Source of the DNA: the human T2T-CHM13v2.0 reference genome, Homo sapiens
DNA: 64,000 bases
NCBI RefSeq assembly: GCF_009914755.1
Contig: NC_060930.1
Direction: 5' to 3' (one strand)
How positions within the stretch are numbered: the stretch's first letter is position 1; each line of letters starts with the position of its first letter. A program made the position numbers and the translations under genes. Of this stretch, positions 15,598-28,427 are shown one piece after another. Under the pieces are notes generated by a model. That model searched no databases, was not told where the DNA came from, and was given only the letters and a program-made list of their open reading frames with translations.

Positions 15598-16042
15598 TTG
15601 AATTTGTTTCCTAAAGCTCCCCTAACAAAGTACCGCACTCTGGGTGGCTTAAACAACAGAGATTGTTCTCTCACAGTTCTGGAGGTTGGAAGCCTAACAT
15701 CAAGGCATGGGCAGGGCCAGGCTTTCTCTGAAGGCCCTACGGGGGAGTCCTTCCCTGCCCCTTCTAGCTTCTGTAGGGCCAGCAATCCCTGGTGTTCCTC
15801 GGCTTGTAGGTGCAACTCCCCAATCTTTGCTTCAAATGGCCTTCTAACCTGTATGTCTGTGTGACTCCATCTCCAAATTTCCCTCTTCTTATAAGGATAC
15901 CAGTTCTATTGGATTCATGGCCTGTCCCGGTACAGTAGGACCTCATTTTAACTTGATTACATTTACAAAGACCCTATTGCCAAATAATGTCACAGGTATA
16001 GGTGAACATGAATTATTTGGGGACACTATTCAGCCCATTACA
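15598..16042 (-). mobile_element. MaLR solo LTR, MLT1C-like
   Basis: GGTGGCTTAAACAACAGA...CTCACAGTTCTGGAGG; CTCTTCTTATAAGGATACCAGT; ends GGACACTATTCAGCCCATTACA. Confidence 0.8.
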
Positions 16043-16712
16043 AAGGGTTAGAGGCAATACCAGCAGACTTCTGTGTTGTACGGCCACCTCGGTTGCATAG
16101 GATCCTAGAAAACCAAGTAGAGGTTGGTAAGGGACAGAGAAGTTGCAATAGAGATTAGGTAAGTTTGACACACATTGCTATTGTTTAATTCACTTTTTTG
16201 TTTCAGATGAAAGGAAACTAGCATCTAATGAGATCACACAGTAGGCTTGCCTCATTTTTGCATTATCTAATTTACTATTGTAGATCCTTTCCATGCATCC
16301 TCCCTATTGGACTGTCAGCTCAGTGAAGGCAGGGGCTGCATCTTCTATTTCTTTTATATAATATACAAATTAGAGGTCAGTACACATAATGCTGGATAAA
16401 TTACTGCCCAGCCTTCCTCATTCTGTGCTCACTCATTCTTTCCCAAGAGCCTCCTGATGTCAGCCGTGGACACTGACCCATGTTTGATATTGTTTTCCTC
16501 TCCAATTCCTCCTCCTCCTTTTTCTTCTGTTCCACCTCCTTCATCTTTGTTTTGTTTTGTTTTGTTTTTGGTAAAGGAAATGAGCGACATTATATTTCAT
16601 AAGTAATTCAGTGGGCTGCTCCTCCCGTGGCTCAGCAAATAAATTCCTTCTAGGTTCTCCTGCCTTGGAGGAACTGTGGATGAAAATGACTACAGAATAA
16701 AGGATTATTACT

Positions 16713-16754
16713 TCAGACGAGATCGGGGGCATTCAGGGTGGTATGGCTGTAGAC
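16713..16754 (-). pseudogene. 5S rRNA retropseudogene, nt 1-42 only, no poly(A) tail
   Basis: Minus strand GTCTACAGCCATACCACCCTGAATGCCCCCGATCTCGTCTGA vs human 5S GTCTACGGCCATACCACCCTGAACGCGCCCGATCTCGTCTGA: 39/42, all differences at CpGs. Direct repeat AGGATTATTACTTCA at 16701-16715 and 16755-16769. Confidence 0.95.
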
Positions 16755-16873
16755 AGGATTATTACTTCAAGAAGCTGAATTCTATTAATAATCCTAAAAT
16801 GAAATCCAGGCCTGTATGCTCTATTTTCTATAGCCCTTGATGGAATGTACACACTTACCCTCCCAGTTTCTAG

Positions 16874-17398
<525 letters not shown>

Positions 17399-18214
17399 GA
17401 GGGAAGAATGCACAGGTAGATGGAGAGATGGACAGGGTATGTGAAAGAATCCTGTGGGGTTCTGAGTGTGTCATTCTCACTCCCTTGCTTTGGACCAGTG
17501 ATTCTGCCTCCCTGAAGTTGAGTGGACCAAGGCTGAGCACCTGGCCCAAAGGCAGCCAGCGATGGCAGTAGCAGTGGCCCAGAGGCGCACAACAGAAGAA
17601 CTGCCTGGGGAGACTCTTCAAAATACCAGATGTCCAACTCAACACCAGATGGAGATTCTAATTCATTATCTATCAGTCAGTCTTCAGGAAGTGTATTCTG
17701 ATAAAAGCTGCACGGTTGCTTCTGATACGCTGCCCTGTAAGGAACCCCTATGTGCTGATTTCAAAGCCAATTTTGCCCAAAAGGGGTTTCCTCTACTGGA
17801 TAGTGGTTAAGTAAGCCAATCAAATCCTTTCTGGAAGAGTGTGACCTCAGGACACCCACGGAGAGTTGGTTACCCTGGAGAACTCAGAGCAACAGAAGAG
17901 GTCAGACCATAACTCTGTCTCATGAAAATGCAGACATGGCGTAGGGAGGGATGGGTGCATGATCTGAGGGGATCGTGGACGGAGTTGATACTGTGCCGTC
18001 AGAGGAGCCGTCAGGTTACAGGGCTTCAGCTGCATCCTAAATAGTGAAGCACTGTGTTTCATTTCTCAGTAGGGCCTGGTTGCGGGCTCCAGAGATTATT
18101 TCCTCCTCCCTTATTTGCTGACATAGCCCTCATAAAAGCTCACTCACTCAAGTAATCTGAATATGTCTCTCTGTTCAGACATATGGAGAGAACTTAACAG
18201 AAAAATCGCTGGAT

Positions 18215-18450
18215 GTATTCATTTGACACTCCTCAAACATTCATGATATATGTATTCTTCACCAAAGAAGAGGCGGTGGACAAGACAGACAGCGTCCCTC
18301 TCTGCATGCAAGAAGGTTAATAAAACAACTCGAAAGAAATCATGAAGATGGTTTCAGATGGTGGCAAGTGCTGTATTAGAGACTGATGGGAGAGCAGCAA
18401 TACTTTGGATTGCTTGGCCAGGGGAGACCTCGCTGAGGAAGTGGCGTTAG
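18215..18450 (-). mobile_element. L2 fragment
   Basis: ACAAGACAGACAGCGTCCCT; TTTCAGATGGTGGCAAGTGCTGT; GGCCAGGGGAGACCTCGCTGAGGAAGTG. Confidence 0.6.
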
Positions 18451-18494
18451 GGCTCCCTACCTACATATCTATGTCCTTACCATGAGAGCTGTGA

Positions 18495-18635
18495 TTTTAG
18501 CCTTAAAAGGTTTCTTAGAGATCATCTTTTGAATTGTTTCATTTTACAGGCCAGGAAATAAGCTCAGAGAAGGATGTAATTTGTCCATAGTCACACAGCA
18601 AGTTAGGACCAGGACATAGAATTCCTGTGCTCTCC
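18495..18635 (-). mobile_element. MIR fragment
   Basis: CATTTTACAGGCCAGGAAATAAGCTCAGAGAAGG...GTCACACAGC. Confidence 0.65.
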
Positions 18636-18900
18636 GGCCGGGCGTGGTGGCTCACGCTTGTAATCCCAGCACTTTGGGAGGCCGAGGTGGGTGGATCAGA
18701 AGGTAAGGAGTTTAAGACCAGCCTGACCAACATGATGAAAGCCTGTCTGTATTAAAATTCAAAAAAAATTAGCTGGGCGTGGTGGCGGGCACCTGTAATC
18801 CCAGCTACTCGGGAGGCTGAGGCAGAGGTTGCAGTGAGCTGAGATTGCAGCACTGCACTCCAGCCTGGGTGACAGAGCGAGACTCCATCTCAAAAAAAAA
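18636..18900 (+). mobile_element. AluS with 26-bp deletion in right arm
   Basis: Dimeric Alu with A tail; degenerate TSD AGAATTCCTGTGCTCTCC / AGAATTTCCGTACTCTCC. Confidence 0.9.
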
Positions 18901-21646
18901 AGAATTTCCGTACTCTCCTCATTCCATGCACTGCCCACCACCCCAACCTCTCTCTCTGTGGAGGGCTCTGTGGGGGTTGTAATTGCTCTTCCCATGGATT
19001 ATATCTGTGATTTTAAAAAGGAGATGGCTTAAGAGAAAGAGATGAGGCAGAGAGCATAATGCTACTTCCCTTCCAGTGAGTGACAGCGCTTCATTCTTTT
19101 CGTCACTTCAGGCCGCTTTCTTTCTTACTTGAAGTGCCCATGGGTTGCAGGACTGCAGCAAAGAATGGAGGGCCAGGCAAATTTTGCAAATTGCAAGGGA
19201 TTCCTTGATGCAGAAGCATCCCATTATGGTCTGACAGCTGTTCTGAATACCTTCCCCAGAGATTGCAGGGGAGAGGAGTGAGAGAGGGAGGGAGGGAGCA
19301 TGGAGGAAGGAGAGGCGATCCTCTCTGAATCAATTAGGCATGAACTTCCTCTCAAATTAAAATAATCAGATACTAAAGGCAGTTTGCCTTTAGGTCACCC
19401 TTAGATGCTCAGGATCTCCAACAGTTTAAAATTCCTTTCCCCTTCTCCCTTACTGTCGGCCTGGGTTTCTCTCCTCCCTCCACCAAGCTCCCCCACCCTA
19501 TTCCTTCTCCTTTCTTCTCTCTCTCTCCCTCACACCATGTTACCATTATTGTCAGTAGAACGAGCTGCATGCATGCCAAATCAGGTCATTCACAAATATA
19601 GAACAAACGTCTGTCACTACAGATTTACCACTATGACTAAAGCATGGCCCTTCTGTCTGTAGAAAGTGTGCCCATTAGTTTATGTGGGATCCCAGCCCCC
19701 ATAGACTCTCAACCCTCTACCTTAGCTTACCCGAGGTGAGCATTCTTCCAATAAACACCCGTTTGAGTGTCTTTAATGATTTATTGTGGTGGCTCCATTT
19801 GTGTTTCTAAAGCCAAGACACAGTGGAAAGGCTTTTCCACTGAAGCCCCACTCCACCTCCAGCACCAGCCACAAAGCCATTTTCCAGAGTTTAGGGCTGA
19901 ACTGTAAATATTTGTTCTGGGGTGAAACCTGCTAGAGGATATTTGCCCAAAACAAGGTAGCTAACGACACTCCATTAAAGACAATGAGCATGAACTGAGA
20001 CAACTTTTCAGGAAAAAAGAACTAATTAAACATTAAACTCTAGTTCCATTATTTAGAATTCTTTTCTGGACATTTTAAATTCAACATGAACATTTACAAT
20101 GATACAATCAGATCGACTCTCCTTTCAGCTAGATATTAAATTATACTTAATGATAACCAAGAGTAGAAAGAAGTGAGAAGAGAAAAATAATAACAAGGAG
20201 AAAAAGGATAAAGTGAATTTTAAATGCCTATTTATCTTTAAAATGGTCTTGCTTTCAAATGGTTTGGTCCATTTTAAAGTACAAGTCCACTGTGAGTTTT
20301 CCAAAGAACTAAAGCAAAACCAAAGGCACGCATATGTTTAAATGAGAAAATGGTAATGGTGAATATAATTCAATACTGAATACAAAATCCCCAAGAATGA
20401 GTCTTTCTGGGTTTGTTTGACAATTACCGCAGAACAGTCCAAAGAAATTTTAAAGGACCTCCAATACCTAAGATGAAAAACAAAAATAAAAGTGCAACCT
20501 GCTATCGACACAATTTGTTTCTATTTTAATTGTTGCGCTGGGTCTATTTTCACAGTTCAAAATTTTTATTTTTTTAAAATAAAGGCAGCAGAAACCACAA
20601 ATGTTAAAATGAGAAAATCAGACCTGTTATAGCTGCCTCACGACATTCTCTTACCCAATTGACCCCAATTGTAAATGCCTTTGCCAGTTAATTATTACAC
20701 TATGATTATTGTTATCACCATTGTTATTATTTTGTGCTTTTCTTTGATTGTTAGTTTGCCGGTTCAAGCATCATACATGGGTTATAATAGAAATTCATTA
20801 CCATGTGATGGCTGTTGGGCAGCCTATGGGAAATGACTTGATAGTCTTGCAAACACTGAATCATGCAGTAAATTAACACTCATTTTCATGCACGTTTGCC
20901 TGCATGTTGATGACCTGGAAACACATGCTTACACTCCATATTTTTCCTTGTTGCTCCTCATTTGTTTCTTCTCTGGTAGGAATAGAACAATATGGGCTTC
21001 CTCCAGGGGACAAAACAACACCTAACTCTGCAGCATGGAAGGGCGAGAGGAGCAGATGGATGAAGACTATACTTAGAGAGGGCCAACAGAGCACACACAG
21101 AGAGGAAACGCAGCTACCTGGCATCACACCTGGGCACTGCCAACTATCTTGGCAGTCAGACTGCCTGGGGAATGGGAAGGCATAGGCCAGGCGGAGAGTC
21201 AGATCCAACAATGGCTCATAGAATCCATCCCTGGAGACAGGATATTCTACAGTGCTTGCTGCTGGGGCCATAGGGTTTAACAGTTCAGTCTCTCTGCACC
21301 CCAACACATACGCCAAAAACGGGGAATGGATTTAAATGGATGTGGTTTCTTCACTTGATCAAAAGTCTCCTGACTTGCAGGAGTTTATGACAGCCTCTTA
21401 CAGTCTTTTTTTGTTTTTGTTTTTTAGTTGGCAATAAGACAATCTAAAATAGTCCTTAGTACACTAAATGCCAAATCTTTCCTGGTGTCTAGAGTGAGGC
21501 CAGTAACAATTATTTCCTACTGTGGGTGGGCCTTTGGCAGGTTATCAGTATTTGCTCATCCAATAGAACCTTTGTAATGATAGAAATGTATATCTGCACT
21601 GTCCTATACAGTAGCCACTAGTCACACGTGGTTATTGAGCATTTGA

Positions 21647-22031
<385 letters not shown>

Positions 22032-23409
22032 ACTATATTTTAAATTTTTATATGATTGTTAGTTGATTTAAATTAACTCTCAGTTCAGTTTACATTAAAA
22101 TTTTCTACAACAGAAGTTTTTTAGTGACCCTGAGTACTCAAGGAAGTATATCCTAAAAGTACATCAACTGTTGTTTTTTTAATTCTAGTTAATCACGTGT
22201 GGCTAGTGGCCACACACAGCACAGATCTTGGAGTTGGCTACAGACTTCTCTGGCTATTTCTAGGTCAGCTCTGTCAGCAATGTACACGTCAAAGTCAAAT
22301 TGCCTCAATCTATTGGTAAAAGACCTGGTGCCTTATTCTCAGGCCAATGCTGTCACACCTGAGTATACGATTACTGTCTATAATCTGTTGACACACAAAT
22401 CAACTTTCTTCCCCTGAGATGACCTCTCTGGTTCATGTGACACTTTATCTATCCCTGCAGTGGGTCAAAACCTCACCCAGGGCATATCGAGTCAGAATCT
22501 TTGGAGGGGCAGCTTAGTTTAGAAACTTACTATTGTTATAAGCTTCTCAGGTGATTCTTATGCAGACAGCCCAATACTAATGCTTACCACCACTCTGCAG
22601 CGCAATTCAAACTGGCTGGGTTACCACCAATTCAGGATAAATATGACGAAGATAAAACTTTTAGTCTTTGTTCTCCCTACTTCCACCTTTCCCAATTTGC
22701 CCATACCCAGGAGAAAATGCTACAATTTCCCTGACCTGTTATAAACCTTAGAGTCAACATCACTCATCGATGAAATAAACCAATCCCAGAGCCCCTTGTG
22801 CATCAGAAGCATTCAACAAATATTTGATCATTGTGTCTTCCCTCATGTTCTTTGTTTCTCTTATGTGATTAATTATAAAGTAAGGCCCTTTTCCGACATC
22901 CTGTCTTGTGTGTCCATTTCCTTCTTTCTTTCTCCAACCTTCACAAAGTTAGCTGAAAATTTAATCATCTTCCTCCTGTAATACTACATCCATCACCATC
23001 ATTATCATCCTCATTTTCAGGATAGCTTCTCTTTGTATTCAATCCACAAATAAACGCTGTGAGATTGAAACGATGATTCCCATTTTGCAGAGGGTTAAAC
23101 TTAAGGAAATTTACCCAATGTTATTAGACTGGTAATTGGCAGAGAGATGTGAGTTTATAGCAAAGCTCATTTTCTTTTCTACTAACTGGAGCGAACTACC
23201 TGCTGGATGCTCTTGCTGCACATATGGCAATCTTCTCTCTGAACTAAAGTTATCTTCTCTGTTCAATGCTCATTGCAAAATAATAACAGAGTCGTCAATG
23301 GGAATTAAAACCCCTGGGTGAGAAACTCTTCAGAAAATAGGACATTCACACAGTCTCTGGCTAATCACACCACTCACAGTACAGTGACTGCCTAATCATA
23401 GGAAGGGAC

Positions 23410-24120
23410 GGTGGCAGGCAACGCCTTAAGCAAATGATCAAAGTTACCTCCACAGTAATGGGACAAGTTGACATCAGGTGGTTCTTGATGTGATGCACCG
23501 AGAGAACCACATCAGTTATATATGATTTCTGTCAAAAATATTCCATTTGAATCTAATCAAGAGGAAAGAATCAGACAAGTCCAAACTGAGGTACATTTTG
23601 CAAAAAAATTGGCCTGGCCTTCTCAAAAATGTCAATGTCATAAAAGACAAAAAAGTTTGGTGAGAGGTTCTAGATTAAAGAGGGTAAAGAGACATGACAA
23701 TGAAATGCAATTAAATTCAGAATTCTTAATTAGATCTTGATTTTTTAAAAAGTTGGACAAAACAGTTTTGAGACAATTGGGGAAGAGTGAATATGGACTA
23801 TATATTAGAAAATAGGATTGTATCAATATTACATTTTCTGAGTATGATAGTTCTACAGTGGTTATGTGGGAGACTACCCTCATTCTCAGAAAATGGTATT
23901 TGAGATATGTAGAGGTGAAGGGTCATGATAGCTGGAACTAATACTGAAATGGTCCAAAAACAAACAAATGAAAAACAAACCACTCTCAGAGAGATAAAGC
24001 AAGTGCCCCAAATGTTAATAAATGGGGAATTTTGGTAGAGAATATAGGTGTTCGTTGTATTATTTTGCAACTTTGTTGTAGGTTTAAAATTTTTTTCAAA
24101 ATAATGAGTAGGTTAAAAAC
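23410..24120 (+). mobile_element. Old L1 3' UTR (L1MC4/MC5-like)
   Basis: GATCAAAGTTA...CAGTAATGGGACAAGTTGACATC; AAAAATGTCAATGTCATAAAAGAC; TATTTTGCAACTTT; A-rich end. Confidence 0.75.
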
Positions 24121-24139
24121 AAAAATGAAAGTAGAAAAG

Positions 24140-24380
24140 AAATAATACTAGTAATACTTACGTAGCATTTACTATGTGCCTCACATTCTTCTAAGCACTT
24201 TATCCAGATTAACTGGATTTAATCCTCACGACACCTTAGACGGTATGTTACTATCATCCTCAGTTTACACTTGAAACAGTGGAGGCCCCGACAGGTTGTG
24301 ATTTGGCCACAGTCAACCTCAAGCAAGATGTAGAGTTGGAATGCCACCCACAGTCCATGCTCTTAGCCTCTCTGCTGAAC
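24140..24380 (-). mobile_element. MIR
   Basis: TAGCATTTACTATGTGCC...TTCTAAGCACTTTA...TTTAATCCTCAC...TCCATGCTCTTA. Confidence 0.7.
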
Positions 24381-24589
24381 CATTTCATTGAGAGTATTCT
24401 AGTTCTAATCAGCTTCTGAGGGGCTGACCAGGTTGTTCATCACACTTCAACTGCTCTAACACTTTACAGTTTTTTCTTGCATTCATTTGAAATTTGTCTC
24501 TCTATGGCTTTTACCCATTTGTTCTATTTCTGTAGTTGGCCCATCCAGAGCAAATCACTCTTTCCTTCCTTAGAATATAAACTTTTCAA

Positions 24590-24700
24590 AAATTGGGACT
24601 TGGTCACATTTACCACTGTGTTCTCATGCTAGAAGAATGCCTCCTAGCACGTGACAGGAACTCAGTAAAGATTTACCAGATAAATGAATGAATGAATGGA
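24590..24700 (+). mobile_element. L2 3' end
   Basis: CTAGCACGTGACAGGAACTCAGTAAAGATTT...ATGAATGAATGAATG. Confidence 0.6.
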
Positions 24701-24989
24701 CATCAGCTTTTCGAATATTTGAGGTCAACTTCTGAAAATTTCCATTCTCTGTTGAAAACCTTCCCAGTCCCTTCAACTGTTCCATTAATATTCTAGCCAC
24801 CATCCTCTAAAACAATTCCAGTTTTTCTAGTTTTAAAGCTTGTGCTCAGAACTGAAAAGAGTACTCCAGAGTTCACCGACCACCATCAAGTGACAGTAAC
24901 ATTTCACTGTTCTTGTTTTAGATGGCTTCCTTCTGCTAACGGAGGCTAGGAGAACACAACAATTTTTAAAATGGCATCGTACAAACTAC

Positions 24990-25785
24990 CTAAGAGACTT
25001 TCTGGCAAAGATGATGAACGTACACATTTACTCTTGCGTCTTCCTAAGCCACACTAAGATAACAGTAAAGCATTTTGTTTGTTTGTTTACTTGCAGAAAC
25101 CCACAAAAACAAAGATAATGAGAGAGAAGGAAATAGTAATAACATCCTGAAAGCTGGAAAGCAGGTACTCAAATGGCAACTGACTTATCTGACCTAAGAA
25201 ACATGAATCTAAGCCAGTAGAAGAATCAGTAGATGTACAAACCCCATGACACTAAAAAACTCCCCAAAGACTTGGAAATTGGTGGCATCAGTTGTCTCTA
25301 GAAGTAGGGCTTAAGGGGCAAGGGCAAAATAGGAGGACTTGTTAAAATCCATTTAAAACTTGAAATCTCCTCCTCTCTGTGCAGTTTTCCTTCGGCCCAG
25401 CAGAAGCCTGAGGGTCTATTCTCCAGAGAGGATCAAAGAGAGGGTCTCCGGACAGGGTTCCACCAGACGCAGTTTAGGGCAGGGGTCATTTAATAAAAGG
25501 AGGACTAAGCAGGTTTGAAGGAGAGTTCAATACATATTTATATACTGACTGTCAAGACCTGTGCCCTCTTCCCTCACTCTGCTTCTAGCATGTTGGTAAC
25601 TTGTCACTATTTTTCAAGCAAAAGTTTGGAAGGTCTTTCTCTGGAGAATACAACTAGTCCAAGAGGAAAGACTAAGAAATTGACAAGGAGGTGTCCCCAG
25701 AGAAATAGCTGAGCCAGATCATTCTACTGGACCTCACAGTGTGTAAACCATAGCCATGAGCTCAGAGACTCCAATTAGCTTTTTA
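24990..25785 (+). mobile_element. Probable HAL1 or old L1 5' region
   Basis: GACTTTCTGGCAAAGATG start and GAAAGCTGGAAAGCAG motif resemble HAL1-type 5' ends. Confidence 0.4.
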
Positions 25786-25787
25786 AA

Positions 25788-26155
25788 AATGTTTAAAAAA
25801 TTTTCTTATGTAGTAAGCTATACATAACACAACACTTAACAGTTTAAACATTTTTAAGTGTACAGTTCAGTGGCATTAAGTAGATTCACATTGTGAATCC
25901 ACCACCACAGTTCACGTCCAGAACATTTTCATTACCCCAAACAGAAACTCTATCCTTTAAAAAATAACTCCCCACTCTCTCCCCTGAACCCCTGCTTACC
26001 TGTATTTTACTTTCTGCCTCTAAGAATTTGACTATTCTAAGTACTTCCTATAAGTAGAATCATATCATTCAATTGGCATAATGTCTTCAAGGCTCATCCA
26101 TGTTGTAACATATGTCAGAATTTTCTTCCATTTTAAAGTTGAATAATTTCCCATT
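25788..26155 (-). mobile_element. L1MB 3' end
   Basis: TTTTAAGTGTACAGTTCAGTGGCATTAAGTAGATTCACATTG...CAAGGCTCATCCATGTTGTA. Confidence 0.8.
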
Positions 26156-26362
26156 GATAAAGTAATACAGGACCAGAAACTACAGAATTATGAGAAAGAC
26201 GTTTTGTTAACTCTTAAACTAGAGAGTGTTATATTCTTTTTGAAAACCAGGGTGATTTATAAAACCTGGCTACACAGTAGCACAGAGAAGCCACCCCAGG
26301 TACTAGTGGTCCACACAACAGCAGAGGGTTTTGTAGGCCTAACATTAGAGAATAACCTCTTT

Positions 26363-26677
26363 TTAAAAAATAATTTATTTTATTTTATTTTATTTTTTTA
26401 GACGGAGTCTTCCTCTGTCTCCCAGTCTGGAGTGCAGAGATCTTGGCTCATTGCAACCCACCTCCCGGGTTCAAGTGATTCCCCTGCCTCAGCCTCCCAA
26501 GTAACTGAGACTACAGGTGTGCACCACCATGCTGGGCTCATTTTTGTACTTCTTTTAAGTGGAGACGGGGTCTCGCCTTTTTGGCCAGGCTGGTTTCGAT
26601 CTCCTGACCTCAAGTGATCTGCCCGCCTTGCCTTCCCAAAGTGCTAGGATTACAGATGTGAGCCACCATGGCTGGCC
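26363..26677 (-). mobile_element. AluS
   Basis: Dimeric Alu with small deletions; TSD GAGAATA(A/G)CCTCTTT. Confidence 0.88.
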
Positions 26678-26707
26678 GAGAATAGCCTCTTTAAATTGCA
26701 TGAGGTA

Positions 26708-26880
26708 GGCCAGGGATGGTGGCTCACATCTCTAATGCCAGCACTTTAGGAGAGGCTGACATGGGAGGATCGTTTGAGGCCAGGAGTTCGAGGCTGGAGT
26801 GATCTGTGATTGCATCACTGCACTGCAGCCTGGGTGACAGAGTGAGACCCTGTCTCAAAAAAAAAAAAAAAAAAAAAAAA
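26708..26880 (+). mobile_element. Monomeric Alu (FRAM-like)
   Basis: Single monomer, GAGTTCGAGGCTGGAGTGA, long A tail; TSD AAATTG(C/T)ATGAG(G/C)TA. Confidence 0.8.
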
Positions 26881-28065
26881 ATTGTATGAGCTATAGTACA
26901 TAGATGTGTGCGAGAGTACATATGAACAAAAATAACTATCCAAGGCTGTACAAATATAGTGCAGATCCGAGGCCCTTAAGTCAATTGTGAACAACCATAA
27001 ACAGAGAGAGAGAATGAATTTTACAGTGTTGGGAACAACCCCTCTGGTGTGAACCACCATGGGACACAGACTGTTATGTGATCGAGGTTCATAATCAGGT
27101 TGACAGTGGGCCACAGACTGAGGCCAAAGTGGAGATATTTACATGAGTCCTACTTCAGTAAGAGTTTCATTTGATTCCCACCAGAAGTACGAGGTTCACA
27201 TGTGAAAGCTATAGTGGTTGCAACTTTATACTAACTGATGTTCTTTATGTGTTCATTATTTTGTTTTTTTATACTTACAGAATAATTCCTTCATTTATTC
27301 AAATATTTACTGAACACCTATGTGCCAAATGCTATACTGAGAACTTAGAATACAATGTTGAATAATCAAGATGCCTTTTATTATACAAGATAGATAATAT
27401 CTTTTGTTTTCATTTTAACAATTTTTTTAGTACTTTGGTGTTTTAGGAACTATGCTAGAAGCTAAAACAGTGAACAAAAGGAAGCGATTCTTGCCTTAAT
27501 TGTACATTAGCTATTACTGCATATGTTTATGTTAATAGTTTCAGGAATAATATGCAGTTTTATGCTACATACTGTGGGTTAGATCATTATCACTAACATA
27601 TTTTTCTTGTCTTTTTTTTAATGACAGCCTACCCTTGAAAATTTTTCTTGTTTATCTGTGACATTCTAATAATGTTTATTTACTACTTAAAACTCTTCAA
27701 TCTTCAAGTACAAAATCCTTACCCTTAGAAGTGAGGCCCTTCACATTGGTTTCTGTGCCTGACTTTCCAACTTTTTTCCCCCAGCATATATCCAAAATAT
27801 AACTGTGTGAAAACAAAACAAAACTTCTTAAATTTTCCTGGGAGGCGCCATACCTGTAAATGTCCCATTTATCTGAAATATCCTTCCAACACACAGGTTC
27901 TCATCCTACCCTTCAAAGCTCAGCTCAGACTTGAGCCCTCTGAGAAGACCTCTCTCCTCTCCTGCACAGCCACTATGACCTAGCAGAATCTGTCACCTAT
28001 CCTGTCTCAGAGTCATTTGACATGTGTAGCAGGACTCAATCTCAGTCTACTTGCTTAGTTGTGTA

Positions 28066-28427
28066 GGACATTGATTTGGCTCTGGGTCCCTACCCAAATC
28101 TCATCTCAAATTGGAATCCCCACCTGTTGGGGGAGAGACCTGGTAGGAGGTGATTGGGTCGTGGAAGCGGTTTCCCCACTGCTGTTCTTGTGATAGTAAG
28201 GGAGTTCTCACAAGATCTGATGGTTTAAAAGGGGCAGTTTCCCCTATGCTCTCTCTCTCCTGCCGCCATGTAAGATGTGCCTTGCCTCCCCTTCACCTTC
28301 TGCCATGATGGTAAGTTTTCTGAGGTCTCCCCAGCCATGTGGAACTGTGAGTCAATTAAACTTCATTCCTTTTTAAATTACCCAGTCTCAGGTATTCTTC
28401 ATATCAGTGTGAGAATGGACTAATACA
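28066..28427 (+). mobile_element. MaLR solo LTR, THE1C/D-like
   Basis: TTTGGCTCTGGGTCCCTACCCAAATCTCATC ... GGAACTGTGAGTCAATTAAAC ... GGACTAATACA; ~360 bp. Confidence 0.88.

Noticed and set aside
16159-16206. GTAAGT...TTTTTTGTTTCAG mini-intron
   Set aside because: 48 nt is below the usual minimum for human spliceosomal introns, and there is no flanking exon evidence.
16713-16754. Functional 5S rRNA gene
   Set aside because: Only 42 of ~120 nt, no internal control region or terminator, CpG decay, TSD-flanked.
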